From: Candidatus Latescibacterota bacterium
Lineage (GTDB): Bacteria > Latescibacterota > UBA2968 > UBA8231
Assembly: GCA_965248355.1 (NCBI GenBank)
Contig: OZ252098.1
Location: 416,001-480,000 of the forward strand
DNA: 64,000 nt
Direction of reading: 5' to 3'
Below the pieces are notes generated by a model. It was given only the letters and a program-made list of their open reading frames with translations, made no database searches and had not been told where the DNA came from. Within the stretch, counting starts at the first letter, position 1; each line of letters starts with the position of its first letter. This document shows positions 1-9,149 of the stretch, piece after piece. Made by a program: the position numbers and the translations under genes.

Positions 1-947
1 TGGGGAAAGATGTCCCGCAGCAGGTCGCAGGCATCGCCGGGAAGCTCCCGTTCCCAGAAGTCCGCCAGCCGCGGATTGTGGAACAGGGCCAGCCACATCT
101 TCTCCTCGAGAAAAGCCTTCATGGGCGGCGTCACCCGCACCGCGTTCTTCTTGGCGTGATAGGAGACCAGCTCGACCTTCGGGATGTTGGGCAGGTCGAA
201 GAGCTCGAAGAAGCGGTAGACGACGTCGACCCGGAGTCGCGCTTCGCCGTCGTCGATGAGCACGCCGTCGTCGTCGACGTGCAGGTCGCGGGGATGCCGG
301 CAGTGGACGGGGCGGCCTCGCTCCCGCAGGCTCCCGGCCAGCCACTCCATCTCGTCCCGGTAGGGCTCGGCTTCGTCGGAGACGAGGAGGCAGACCACGG
401 GCACCTCCACCTCCTTTGCGGTCCCCGCCACCGCCTCCCAGAATCCCTCCACCAAGCCGTGGGCGCCGCCCACCAGCTCGTAGCCCAGGTCGGCATAGGC
501 GGAGGTGAGCTGGGCGGTGAAACCGATGCCGCCGGGAACCGAGTCGAGCTCGGCGACGCGCACGCCGTCGGCGGTGACGATCAGATCGGGGCGGATCACC
601 ACGGGCAGGTGGGACTTGACGCGGTTCAGGCGGCCCAGATCGACGGCCCGCTCCGGCTTGCCGGCGTCGAGGTAGCCGCGCACCCAGTCCGGCTGCAGGC
701 CCTTGAGGCTCTGGTGGTACAGGAGATTGGCCGCCCGGTTGAAGGCGTGCAGAGCCGGGCCCAGCCGCACCAGGAACTCGTGCTGATCGGCCGTCAGCCA
801 GAACGGCTCCGGCGAGATGCGCCAGGGGAGCCGGCTGTCGGGATGCAACCGCGAGCGGTCGCCCTTGAACAGGGGGTCGGCGGGAGCGCTCTCGTTGATG
901 CGGCGGCAGATCGCGCGCGCGTCGGCCGGGGTCGTGCAGAGAGACAT
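1..947 (-). CDS. Conserved hypothetical protein, ATP-grasp / glutathionylspermidine-synthase-like (runs off window start)
   Basis: Hand translation from ATG 947 (absent from ORF track): MSLCTTPADARAIC...WRISPEPFWL...VIRPDLIVTADGVRVAELDSVPGGIG...VVYRFFELFDL...PPMKAFLEEK. RxD...E-x-D/N-x-x-PGG pattern; no stop before position 1. Confidence 0.6.
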   Translation of the reverse strand, partial: MSLCTTPADARAICRRINESAPADPLFKGDRSRLHPDSRLPWRISPEPFWLTADQHEFLVRLGPALHAFNRAANLLYHQSLKGLQPDWVRGYLDAGKPERAVDLGRLNRVKSHLPVVIRPDLIVTADGVRVAELDSVPGGIGFTAQLTSAYADLGYELVGGAHGLVEGFWEAVAGTAKEVEVPVVCLLVSDEAEPYRDEMEWLAGSLRERGRPVHCRHPRDLHVDDDGVLIDDGEARLRVDVVYRFFELFDLPNIPKVELVSYHAKKNAVRVTPPMKAFLEEKMWLALFHNPRLADFWERELPGDACDLLRDIFP

Positions 948-1065
948 GAAGGCTGATCCAGTGGCGGGCTGAGTGGTTCGAAGTGGTTGTAAATGTAACG
1001 GATGGGAGCACACAGGCAACGCGGCGCCTTTTCCGTCCAGGCGGTCGCGCCTACCTTGCCGACCC

Positions 1066-1893
1066 ATGAGAGAAGAGGGAGAGCTGAAGGGCCGGAACGC
1101 GTTGGTCACCGGCGGCGGACGGGGGATCGGGCGGTCCATCGCCAGGACCCTGGCCGCCGCCGGCGCCCGCGTGGCCGTGCTGGCCAGGACCGGTGGGCAG
1201 GTGGAGGCGGTTGCAGCGGAGCTGTCGGGGGCGGGCCCTCCCGCCCTCGCCCTGACCGCCGATGTGTCCGTGGCCGGGCAAGTCGCCGCCGCCGTGGAAG
1301 AGGTGGAACGGGTCTGGGGAGGAATCGATATCCTGGTCAACAACGCCGGCCTCCTGGGACCGGTCGGACCGGCTCACGAAGCCGATCCGGAGGCCTGGCT
1401 GCAGGCGGTGCGCGTCAACCTCGGGGGCTGCTTTCTCTGCTGCCAGGCCGTGTTGCCCGGCATGATCGCGCGCCGGCGGGGTGAGATCGTCAACCTCTCC
1501 GGCGGGGGCGCCGTGGGTCCCCGTCCGTGGTTAAGCGCCTACGGCGCGGCCAAGGCCGGCGTCGTGCGCTTCACCGAGACCCTGGCGGCGGAGGTGGCGC
1601 CCCACGGCGTACGGGTCAACGCCGTGGCCCCGGGGGCGGTCCGGACCGACATGGCGCGGGAGGCCGCCGCCGCCCTCCGGGGTACCGGCCGGGCCGAGGC
1701 GGTCCTGGTTCCTCCCGGCCAGGGCGGCGCGACTCCCGAACGGGCGGCGGAGCTGGTCCTCTTCCTGGTCTCGCCGCGCTCGGCGGGCCTGAGCGGCCGT
1801 CTGCTGTCGGCCGTGTGGGACGACTGGGAGCACCTCGACGTGGAGGCGGTGATGGCCGGCGAGGGCGGCGCCGTGCGGCGAGTGAGACCGTGA
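1066..1893 (+). CDS. Short-chain dehydrogenase/reductase (SDR)
   Basis: TGGGRGIG, NNAG, YGAAK catalytic motif, VNAVAPG. Confidence 0.9.
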   Translation: MREEGELKGRNALVTGGGRGIGRSIARTLAAAGARVAVLARTGGQVEAVAAELSGAGPPALALTADVSVAGQVAAAVEEVERVWGGIDILVNNAGLLGPVGPAHEADPEAWLQAVRVNLGGCFLCCQAVLPGMIARRRGEIVNLSGGGAVGPRPWLSAYGAAKAGVVRFTETLAAEVAPHGVRVNAVAPGAVRTDMAREAAAALRGTGRAEAVLVPPGQGGATPERAAELVLFLVSPRSAGLSGRLLSAVWDDWEHLDVEAVMAGEGGAVRRVRP

Positions 1894-2924
1894 CCTACGG
1901 GGTCGCCGTGATCGGGGCGGGGCGGGCCGGCCGCCGCAGGGCTGAGGCGGTCGCCGCTGACGAAGGCACCCGGCTGGTGGCCGTCTGCGACGTCGACAGG
2001 CAGGCGGCTCGGCGTCTGGCCGCCGAGCACGGGGCGGAGGAGCACACCGACTGGGAGCCCCTGGTCGCCGGCGACGGCGTCGATCTGGTCGTGGTCTCCA
2101 CTACTCACGACCGGCTCGCGAAGATCGCCGTGGCGGCCCTGGAGGCCGGCCGGCACGTGCTCTGCGAGAAGCCCCTGGGCCGGAGCCCGGACGAGGTCGA
2201 AGGAGTCGTCGCCGCCGCCCGCCGCCGGGGCCGGATCCTCAGGGCCGGGTACAACCATCGTTTCCACCCGGCCGTGCGGGGTGTCCGGCAGGCGGCGGAC
2301 GAGGGGGACCTGGGCCCGCTGATGTTCGTGCGCGGCCGCTACGGGCACGGGGGAAGACCCGGGTACGACCGGGAATGGCGATCCGATCCGGCCGTCTCGG
2401 GCGGCGGCGAGCTGCTCGATCAGGGGGCCCACCTCGTGGACCTGTTTCTGTGGATCCTCGGCGGCGACTTCGAGGCCGTCAGCGCCGAGACGGTCACCGC
2501 TTTCTGGGACATGCCGGTGGAGGACAACGCCTTCGCCCTGATGCGCACCGCCGCCGGCCAGGTCGCCTCCCTGCACGTGAGCTGGACGCAGTGGAGGAAC
2601 CTGTTCAGCCTCGAGGTCTTCGGGCGGGATGGATACGCCATCGCCGAGGGTCTCGGCGGATCCTACGGAGAGGAGCGGCTCGTCATCGGTCTCCGGCGGG
2701 CGGAGGGAGGGGCTCCCCGGGAGCGTCTCCTGCGATTCCCGGAGCCCGACCGGTCATGGTCCCGCGAGTGGAAGGCCTTCGTGGACGCCGTCGAAGGCCG
2801 CCCCTCCCCCGGCGCCGACGGGGAGGCGGCCCTGCGCACGATGCGCCACCTCCAGCGGATCTACGACGAAGCTCCCGCGCAGGGACGGGTGAATCTACAC
2901 AAGTCACATAAGAACAATTTCTAA
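1890..2924 (+). CDS. Gfo/Idh/MocA family oxidoreductase
   Basis: GAGRAG, HVLCEKP, GGGELLDQGAH; GTG start overlaps SDR stop (GTGA). Confidence 0.9.
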   Translation: MTYGVAVIGAGRAGRRRAEAVAADEGTRLVAVCDVDRQAARRLAAEHGAEEHTDWEPLVAGDGVDLVVVSTTHDRLAKIAVAALEAGRHVLCEKPLGRSPDEVEGVVAAARRRGRILRAGYNHRFHPAVRGVRQAADEGDLGPLMFVRGRYGHGGRPGYDREWRSDPAVSGGGELLDQGAHLVDLFLWILGGDFEAVSAETVTAFWDMPVEDNAFALMRTAAGQVASLHVSWTQWRNLFSLEVFGRDGYAIAEGLGGSYGEERLVIGLRRAEGGAPRERLLRFPEPDRSWSREWKAFVDAVEGRPSPGADGEAALRTMRHLQRIYDEAPAQGRVNLHKSHKNNF

Positions 2925-3047
2925 GGCATACTTCCGGAGCTCCCGGGCGGGCTTTTTCGAGGCGGGGATCAACTTTTTCCCGATCTCGGCTCGATTATTC
3001 CGTACATTGTGTACAAAGCGCCCGATTGCGGGTAAGTATACCAGATC

Positions 3048-3326
3048 ATGTCCACTTTAACCCACGGGATTGTCGCCATGCGTACGGATCAGGACGCTGC
3101 CCAGGTAGAACGCGTGTCCCTGGCCTATCGTCGGTTGGCCAACGCCATGATTCTCAGCACGTTGCGGGAAATCTCGAAGACCGAGGAGCTAGCCGAGGAG
3201 GTGATGGAGGTGGACTTCGTCGAGAGCCCTCGAATCGATCCCTGGTGCGAGCTGGCCGGCCTCGAGCCCGAGGTCGTGCGGCGCGCGGCCAGGCGCCTTC
3301 TCGGCGTGCGGGTGGTTACCGCCTGA
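3048..3326 (+). CDS. Small hypothetical protein (92 aa)
   Basis: Protein-like composition, AT-rich upstream region, followed by a strong terminator; WCELAGLEPEVVR motif. Confidence 0.6.
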   Translation: MSTLTHGIVAMRTDQDAAQVERVSLAYRRLANAMILSTLREISKTEELAEEVMEVDFVESPRIDPWCELAGLEPEVVRRAARRLLGVRVVTA

Positions 3327-3345
3327 AGCCCGCTCGGAGTTCATG

Positions 3346-3380
3346 GGCCCCGGGGAGCTGCCTCCCCGGGGCCTTTCTTC
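3346..3380 (+). terminator. Intrinsic terminator
   Basis: 12-bp perfect stem GGCCCCGGGGAG/CTCCCCGGGGCC, loop CTGC, followed by TTTCTTC; lies between convergent genes. Confidence 0.85.
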
Positions 3381-3400
3381 GTTCTGGGATCAACCTGGGA

Positions 3401-5338
3401 TCAACGTTTCGCCAGCCGCTTGCGGCGCACGTAGTCCAGCACCCCGCGCACTACCTTCTCCGCTTCCCGTTGCCGGTGCTGCTCGAAGCGCAGGGCCCAG
3501 GCGTGATCCACATAGGCGAGATTGCACACCTCCACCAGGACCTTCACCGAGGCGGGATTGTGGCGCAGGACCGCCAGGGACTGACCCCGGGACCGAGCGC
3601 CGGCCCCCAGGGACGGCAGCAGGGCCCGGGCAAAGCTGCGGGAGGCGTTGTCGCGTTGGCCGCGCCGCTCGTAATAGAGGACCAGGGGCGCCTGCGGGGA
3701 GTTGGGATCGATATCGGCGTGGAAGGAGAGGAAGATGCTGCGGCCGCCAGGAGCCTTGCGCAGCGCTTCGCGGGCGATCTGGACCCGGGCCTTGAGGCCT
3801 CTGGAGTTGCCTGTGGGCCACTGCCGGGGGCTGTTGGGCCGGTTGATGGCAAAGCTGTTGAATACCTCGTTCTGCTGGTGCACGAAGGTCTGCGTCGCCG
3901 GCTCGGTCCCCCTGATGAGATGGTTGGGGCTCAGGAGCGTGATGTCGACACTTGCGCCGTGCAGGCGCAGCAGCACGTAGGCTCGCAGGGTGATGTCGTA
4001 GACGTACTCGTCCTCGACCACGTAGAGCCGGCTGCCGTCGCCGGCGATGGTGGGCACGATCGCCCCCGGATCGATGCCGCCGTGGCCGGGATCGAGGACG
4101 ACGTGCCAGCCGGCCAGGTCGTTGCCGAGGCGACCGAGGCGGCCGACCTCGCGCTCGAACCGGCTCCAGAGCTTCCTCGCCTGACGGTAGGTTCGCAGCG
4201 GCGAAGGCGGGTGCTTCTCGGTGTACCTTCTGCCCGGCTGCCGGGGCGCGCGGGGGCGCTGGCCGTAGTACGGGCCGTTGTCGATGGCGATGCGCGAGAG
4301 GCCGGGCACGTCGACGAGCAGCCGCTCCCAGGGAATCTGGGCCGGGTCGAGGCGCGCCGGCTGTCCCAGCAGCGGCCGGACTCTCAGTTTCTGGCCGGGG
4401 TGAATGACCATTCCGGAGAGACTGTTGAGCCGCCGCAGCTCGGCGACGCTCATCTGGTGCAGCTGGGCGATCTCGGACAGGTTGTCGCCGCGGATGACGG
4501 TGTAGCTGGCCAGCCGGGGCCTGCGGTCCTCCCCCAGCCGAAGTCGTTGGCCGGGGTAGATACTGTCCCCCTGCAGACGGTTGAGGGCCTTCAGGTCCGC
4601 CACCGACATGCCGTAGGCGCGGGCGATCTCCCACAACGCGTCACCGCGCTCGACGACGTGCACGGTGGAGGGGGTCGGCCGCAGGCGGAGCTTCTGGCCC
4701 GGGCGGATCAGGTCGCCCTCGAGACCGTTCAGATGCCGCAGATGGTCGAGGGCGATCTCGTAGAGGGCGGCGATCTGGTACAGCGTCTGGCCGGGCAGTA
4801 CGACATGGATGCTGGCCTGGTCGCGGGAGGGCCGCAGCCGCAACCTCTGGCCGGGACGAATACGATCTCCCTCCAGGTCGTTGAGCCGGCGCAGCAGGGC
4901 CAGCTCAACGTCGAAGCGGAGGGCGATCTCCGAGAGGGTATCGCCGTGGCGGACCAGATAGTGTTCCGGAGACTCCGAGTCCTTCGGGGCCTCCCCCTGC
5001 AGGCGGAGAGACTGGCCGACCCGGATGGCGTCTCCGCCGATCTGGTTCAGCCGGCGCAGCTGGTCGGTGGTGGTGCCTTGGGCGAGGGCGATCTCGGAGA
5101 GGGTGTCTCCCGGCCGCACGGTGTAGGTCCCGGAGGGGGCGGAGACCTCCAGCCGCTGACCCACGGCGAGGGCATCGGAGGACAGCCGGTTCCAGCGCCG
5201 CAATTCTTCGAGGGCGACGCCGTAGCGCTGGGCGATGTGCGACAGGGTGTCTCCCGGCCGCACCGTGTGTACCGCCGACTCCCCGGAGGCCGGGGCGACG
5301 AGGAGGCACACCAATGCGAACCGAAGGCACAGGTGCAA
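3401..5338 (-). CDS. LysM x6 + N-acetylmuramoyl-L-alanine amidase (Amidase_3)
   Basis: Signal peptide; six (H/Y)xVxxGDxLxxIA LysM repeats; LDPGHGG...E...LSFHAD...VLVE zinc amidase motifs. Start uncertain (TTG 5338; ORF extends to 5416). Confidence 0.88.
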   Translation of the reverse strand: MHLCLRFALVCLLVAPASGESAVHTVRPGDTLSHIAQRYGVALEELRRWNRLSSDALAVGQRLEVSAPSGTYTVRPGDTLSEIALAQGTTTDQLRRLNQIGGDAIRVGQSLRLQGEAPKDSESPEHYLVRHGDTLSEIALRFDVELALLRRLNDLEGDRIRPGQRLRLRPSRDQASIHVVLPGQTLYQIAALYEIALDHLRHLNGLEGDLIRPGQKLRLRPTPSTVHVVERGDALWEIARAYGMSVADLKALNRLQGDSIYPGQRLRLGEDRRPRLASYTVIRGDNLSEIAQLHQMSVAELRRLNSLSGMVIHPGQKLRVRPLLGQPARLDPAQIPWERLLVDVPGLSRIAIDNGPYYGQRPRAPRQPGRRYTEKHPPSPLRTYRQARKLWSRFEREVGRLGRLGNDLAGWHVVLDPGHGGIDPGAIVPTIAGDGSRLYVVEDEYVYDITLRAYVLLRLHGASVDITLLSPNHLIRGTEPATQTFVHQQNEVFNSFAINRPNSPRQWPTGNSRGLKARVQIAREALRKAPGGRSIFLSFHADIDPNSPQAPLVLYYERRGQRDNASRSFARALLPSLGAGARSRGQSLAVLRHNPASVKVLVEVCNLAYVDHAWALRFEQHRQREAEKVVRGVLDYVRRKRLAKR

Positions 5339-5442
5339 GATCGAAGGTCCGTTTTGAAGCGGACGGGGAGAACAGTAGTGGGGCGGGCGGAATGGGGGTA
5401 AGGGCAAGTATAACACCCACTTGGGCCAGACGCAATCAGGCC

Positions 5443-5889
5443 GTGCGCCGGTTGGTTCGTCCCTTGCGGTTATCCCTGGGGCCGGCGGGGGCCGCCCTGG
5501 CGATGATCGCCTGCGGGGGCAACGGGGGGACGGATGTCGTCGATCCGGGCAACGGCGGCGCTACGGCGGGCGGTTCGGTCTTCGTCGACAACCGCACGTC
5601 CTTTGGTGTGGAGGTCGCCTACCTGCAACCGGGAGAGGGGGGCGAGGCGGCCGTTGTCCGGGCCCTCGTCGGCGCCGGAGAGAGGCAGGACGTGGGCGGG
5701 GGAACCCTGCCCGCCGGCACCGAGCTGAAGCTCGATCTGGTGCTGATGGTCCCGGTGGAGCAGGGCCTCCGGGTACGTCGCAAGGCCTCCGTGACCGTCG
5801 ACGGCGACATCGATGTGATCCTGGCCCTGGAGGACGAAGCGGAGCCTTTCAGTCTTCAGGTCACCGTGCAGGCGGCCCGAGGGGACTGA
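5443..5889 (+). CDS. Putative lipoprotein
   Basis: Basic N-terminus, hydrophobic stretch, lipobox-like AMIA-C, Gly linker, beta-rich domain. Confidence 0.65.
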   Translation: MRRLVRPLRLSLGPAGAALAMIACGGNGGTDVVDPGNGGATAGGSVFVDNRTSFGVEVAYLQPGEGGEAAVVRALVGAGERQDVGGGTLPAGTELKLDLVLMVPVEQGLRVRRKASVTVDGDIDVILALEDEAEPFSLQVTVQAARGD

Positions 5890-6061
5890 CCCCCAGAGAG
5901 AGGCGTCCACTCCCTGGCCGGGCCGCTTGCCGGATGAGGAACGGACCCGTTATATTGAAAGTCCCCCCCTGATCGAGCAGTTTGTTCCGCCCCTCCCTGG
6001 GTATCCACCACGGCCGCCGGTTCCCTCCTTGTCGGGCCGGCCACTAGGCAGCGGACGGATC

Positions 6062-6907
6062 ATGTACGACTGGGACCTGCAGGTGGTTCCCGGGCCACCG
6101 AAGGCGGATCTCAAGCGCAGGATGCTTGAGGAGTGGTTGCGCAATCCCTTCCTCGACGACGACGTAAAGGCCCTCTGCGCCCGCCTGGGCGCTCCCGAGA
6201 CCGAGGTGGCCGAAGCCCTGACCGGTCTCTGCGAAGCGGGTTTCCTGAGGGCTGCCGGCACCGGCTATGCCCTGAGCCTGGACCAGGCTGACAGCCCCCT
6301 CCATGAGGCCCCCGCCCTCGAGGCCCCCGCCCTCGGGGCGCCGGGGGCGGGCGAGCCGACCCTCGCTGACCGGGTCCCGAACGAGCTCCTCGACGACGCC
6401 GGCCTCGTCGACGCCTTGCCCTTCGGCCTCCTCGTGCTGGGTCCCGCCGGCACCGCCGACTTGGCCAACGACAAGGCGGCGGCCATGCTCGGGGTACCCC
6501 TGGCCGACCTCGATGGCAAGGCCTTCGAGAGGGTCACCGGCGTGGATCCCCTCATCGCCCTGGACCACGCCGAGCCCCTCTCCTTCTCCCTCATCGACCC
6601 TCCGGCGCTGGAGGTCACCCTCCAGGGCCGCCGGCTGCCATCGGGCCCCGCGATCCTCATCATGGTCCGCGACGTGTCCCTGCTGGAGGAGGTCTCCCAC
6701 ATCCAGGCGGAGGCCCAGGAGGAGCTCTACGACCGTCTGAAGGAGGAGCTGGTGCAGCCGTTTGGCGCGATCGAGAAGTTCCTCGAGGATCCCGGTCGGG
6801 ACGGTCTGGCGCGCGCACGCCTGGCCATGGAGCAGATCAACGGGTTCCTGCAGGAGTTCTTCCTCCAGGGCGGCTGCGATGACCGCCCGGCCCCCATGGA
6901 CAGCTGA
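6062..6907 (+). CDS. Hypothetical: N-terminal winged-HTH-like + PAS-like + short helical tail
   Basis: LCARLG..ETEVAEALTGLCEAGFL (wHTH-like); LVDALPFGLLVL...ANDKAAAMLG...IMVRDVS (PAS/PAC). Confidence 0.65.
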   Translation: MYDWDLQVVPGPPKADLKRRMLEEWLRNPFLDDDVKALCARLGAPETEVAEALTGLCEAGFLRAAGTGYALSLDQADSPLHEAPALEAPALGAPGAGEPTLADRVPNELLDDAGLVDALPFGLLVLGPAGTADLANDKAAAMLGVPLADLDGKAFERVTGVDPLIALDHAEPLSFSLIDPPALEVTLQGRRLPSGPAILIMVRDVSLLEEVSHIQAEAQEELYDRLKEELVQPFGAIEKFLEDPGRDGLARARLAMEQINGFLQEFFLQGGCDDRPAPMDS

Positions 6908-6910
6908 GGC

Positions 6911-8014
6911 ATGGTTCTCGACATCCGTCACCTGCGCCAGGGCGACCCCGACGAGGCGCAGCGTGCGAAGGAGTCCTCCCAGGCCGGAGAAGGTTCCCAC
7001 GACCCCGACCTGGAGGCCCTGGTGACCTCCGCCAGCGCCGGGGATCCGGCCGAGCGCGCGCAGGCCGTGGCCCGCCTGCGCGTGCTGGTGCCCACGGAGG
7101 AGGGCTTCGAACGCCTGAGCCGGGTCGTCGAGGCCCTGGCCGATCCCCGCCGCGTGGTGGCCATCCAGGTCCTCGGCTTCCACCGCCAGTGGCTGTTCAG
7201 CCGTTCGGCCGTGCAGCGCGTCCTGGGATGGGCTCGCGGGGAAGCCGACCCGGTAACGGTCACTTCCCTGGTCTGGGTGCTGCGGCAACGCGAGGCGGTG
7301 CAGGAGTTCCTGCTGCATCCGGACGCGGCCGTGGCGCGCGAGGCCGCCCTCGGTCTGCCGGTGAATCCGGAGACCATCGAGAGCCTGCTCAACGCGCTCC
7401 TGGCGGGTGTCGATTCCGAGGCGGGCCACGTCCTGGCCGAAAAGCTCGCGGGCCTGCACCCCAACCTGGCGGAGCGCTCGGTGGAGCACCTGTTGAGGGT
7501 ATCGGGCCCGGTCGACGACGAGGCCCTGCGGCAGGTGCTCTCCCATCTTCCTCAGCCCCCGGTCTTCGAGCTGCTGGTCGAGGGGCGCAGCCAGCCAGCC
7601 TGGACGATGGACCCGACGCCCCAGGAGACGGAGCGCCAGCAGGAGTGGCGCCGGATGGCCCGTCTGGCGGCCCAGTTGCTGCAGACCCATCCGGCGGCGC
7701 CACTGATCCGCTTCCTCGTCAATCGCAGCGTTGCCGACGAGGCCTTCGGCCGCCGTCACGCGGCTTTCCTGCAGAGGGCGATGGACAGCACCCGCGAGCA
7801 GATCGGCCCCGACGTTCTGGACGATCTGGAGCGCCTCACCGTTGGGGCCTCGGAGGATCGCGTCGAGCTGATGGCCAGGCTGCTCATGAGTCTCGGCGAC
7901 AAGATCGCGGGGAAGGGCAGCCGTTCCCAGGCCTCCGATCTCCTGGAGAAGTGGAAGGGCATGTCCCCCGCCCTCAAGCTGAAGATCTTCCACCTTCAGC
8001 AGGGCCTGAAATAG
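6911..8014 (+). CDS. HEAT/ARM-like all-helical hypothetical protein
   Basis: DPAERAQAVARL and HPDAAVAREAALGL HEAT-like units; starts 3 nt after the upstream stop. Confidence 0.6.
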   Translation: MVLDIRHLRQGDPDEAQRAKESSQAGEGSHDPDLEALVTSASAGDPAERAQAVARLRVLVPTEEGFERLSRVVEALADPRRVVAIQVLGFHRQWLFSRSAVQRVLGWARGEADPVTVTSLVWVLRQREAVQEFLLHPDAAVAREAALGLPVNPETIESLLNALLAGVDSEAGHVLAEKLAGLHPNLAERSVEHLLRVSGPVDDEALRQVLSHLPQPPVFELLVEGRSQPAWTMDPTPQETERQQEWRRMARLAAQLLQTHPAAPLIRFLVNRSVADEAFGRRHAAFLQRAMDSTREQIGPDVLDDLERLTVGASEDRVELMARLLMSLGDKIAGKGSRSQASDLLEKWKGMSPALKLKIFHLQQGLK

Positions 8015-8072
8015 AGAGGGCCGCAGGCTGCCGCGGGCCCCGGCGCCGGACGGCGTTCGGTGCTTCGGTTCC

Positions 8073-9149
8073 TCAGGTGTGGGCCCTGCGCAGCAGCAGG
8101 ATGGCCAGCGTCCCATAGACCAGGTTGGCCAGCCAGGCCCCGAGCCAGGGCGCCAGAATCTCGTTCCAGCCCAAGGCTTGGCCTGCCTTCACCGATCCGT
8201 AAAAGGCGAAGCAGATCAGCACGCCGAGCCCGAAGTGCCGGCCCCTGCCGCTACGGCGGGCGCCGGACCCCAGGGGGGCTGCGAGGAGGAGGATGACGAG
8301 GCAGGTGAAGGGGAATGAGATCTTGAGGTGAAGGTCGACGAGGAGCCGGGTCACGTCCTCGCCGTTGGCCCGGGCCCTGCGCACATACCTGGCCAGCTCG
8401 GCGAAATCCATCTCCTCCGGTTCCTTCTGCTGACGGGCGAGATCCTCCGGCGACAGGGTCAGCCGGGTCAGGGCCAGGCTGTCGAAGGGAGTCGACACGG
8501 GGCCGGCTCCGGCGAAGGTGTGGTGCCGGCCCTCCTTCAACATCCAGCGACCGGCGCCGGGGCGCCACCAGGCCTCGCGGGCCTCGGCGCGCTCGAGGGT
8601 GCGGCTTCCCCGAGTGCGTTCCCAGGTCACGTCGTGGGCTCTCAGGCGGCCGTGATCGTAGGAGCGGGCGAACAGGAACTGGCCGTCCACGTCCTGCAGC
8701 AGGACCTGGCGGCGGGAGCCGTCGGAGCGTCGGTAGGAGCGGATGTCGTCGCGGGTGCTGTTGTAGCGCCAGGTGGCCGGCGGGACGACGAGATCGGTGA
8801 ACAGCAGCGTCGCCCCTACCATGACGGCCGAGAAGGCGTAGAGGGGGGTGAGGAAGCGGTGCAGACCGATGCCGGCGGCCTTCACGGCGACGATCTCGGA
8901 GCGCCGGGCGAGCCCGGACAGGCAGAACAGGGTGGCGAGAAGGGTGGTGACGGGAAGGGTCAGCAGGATCCAGTAGGGCGAGCGGTAGAGGTAGTAGCGG
9001 GCGATCTGGGGGAGCGAGGCCTGGTGGTCGATGAAGGTGTCGATGTTCTCGGTGAGGTCGACGACCGCGGCCAACCCCCACATGCCCGCGGCGCTCAGGC
9101 CCAGACAGGTGAGGAAGCGGCGCAGGAGGTAGCGGTCGAGGAGGGTCAC
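8073..9149 (-). CDS. lptG: LPS export ABC transporter permease LptG (LptF/LptG family)
   Basis: LLDRYLLRRF, SEIVAVKAAGIG, LHLKISFPF, AWLANL; GTGA overlap with upstream gene. Confidence 0.85.
   Translation of the reverse strand: MTLLDRYLLRRFLTCLGLSAAGMWGLAAVVDLTENIDTFIDHQASLPQIARYYLYRSPYWILLTLPVTTLLATLFCLSGLARRSEIVAVKAAGIGLHRFLTPLYAFSAVMVGATLLFTDLVVPPATWRYNSTRDDIRSYRRSDGSRRQVLLQDVDGQFLFARSYDHGRLRAHDVTWERTRGSRTLERAEAREAWWRPGAGRWMLKEGRHHTFAGAGPVSTPFDSLALTRLTLSPEDLARQQKEPEEMDFAELARYVRRARANGEDVTRLLVDLHLKISFPFTCLVILLLAAPLGSGARRSGRGRHFGLGVLICFAFYGSVKAGQALGWNEILAPWLGAWLANLVYGTLAILLLRRAHT

Noticed and set aside
78-956. 292-aa plus-strand ORF
   Set aside because: Antisense shadow of the real minus-strand gene (ATG 947).
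3002-3014. GTAC palindrome as a LexA box
   Set aside because: Its spacing (GTAC-N5-GTAC) does not match the LexA boxes I know; kept only as a generic operator candidate.
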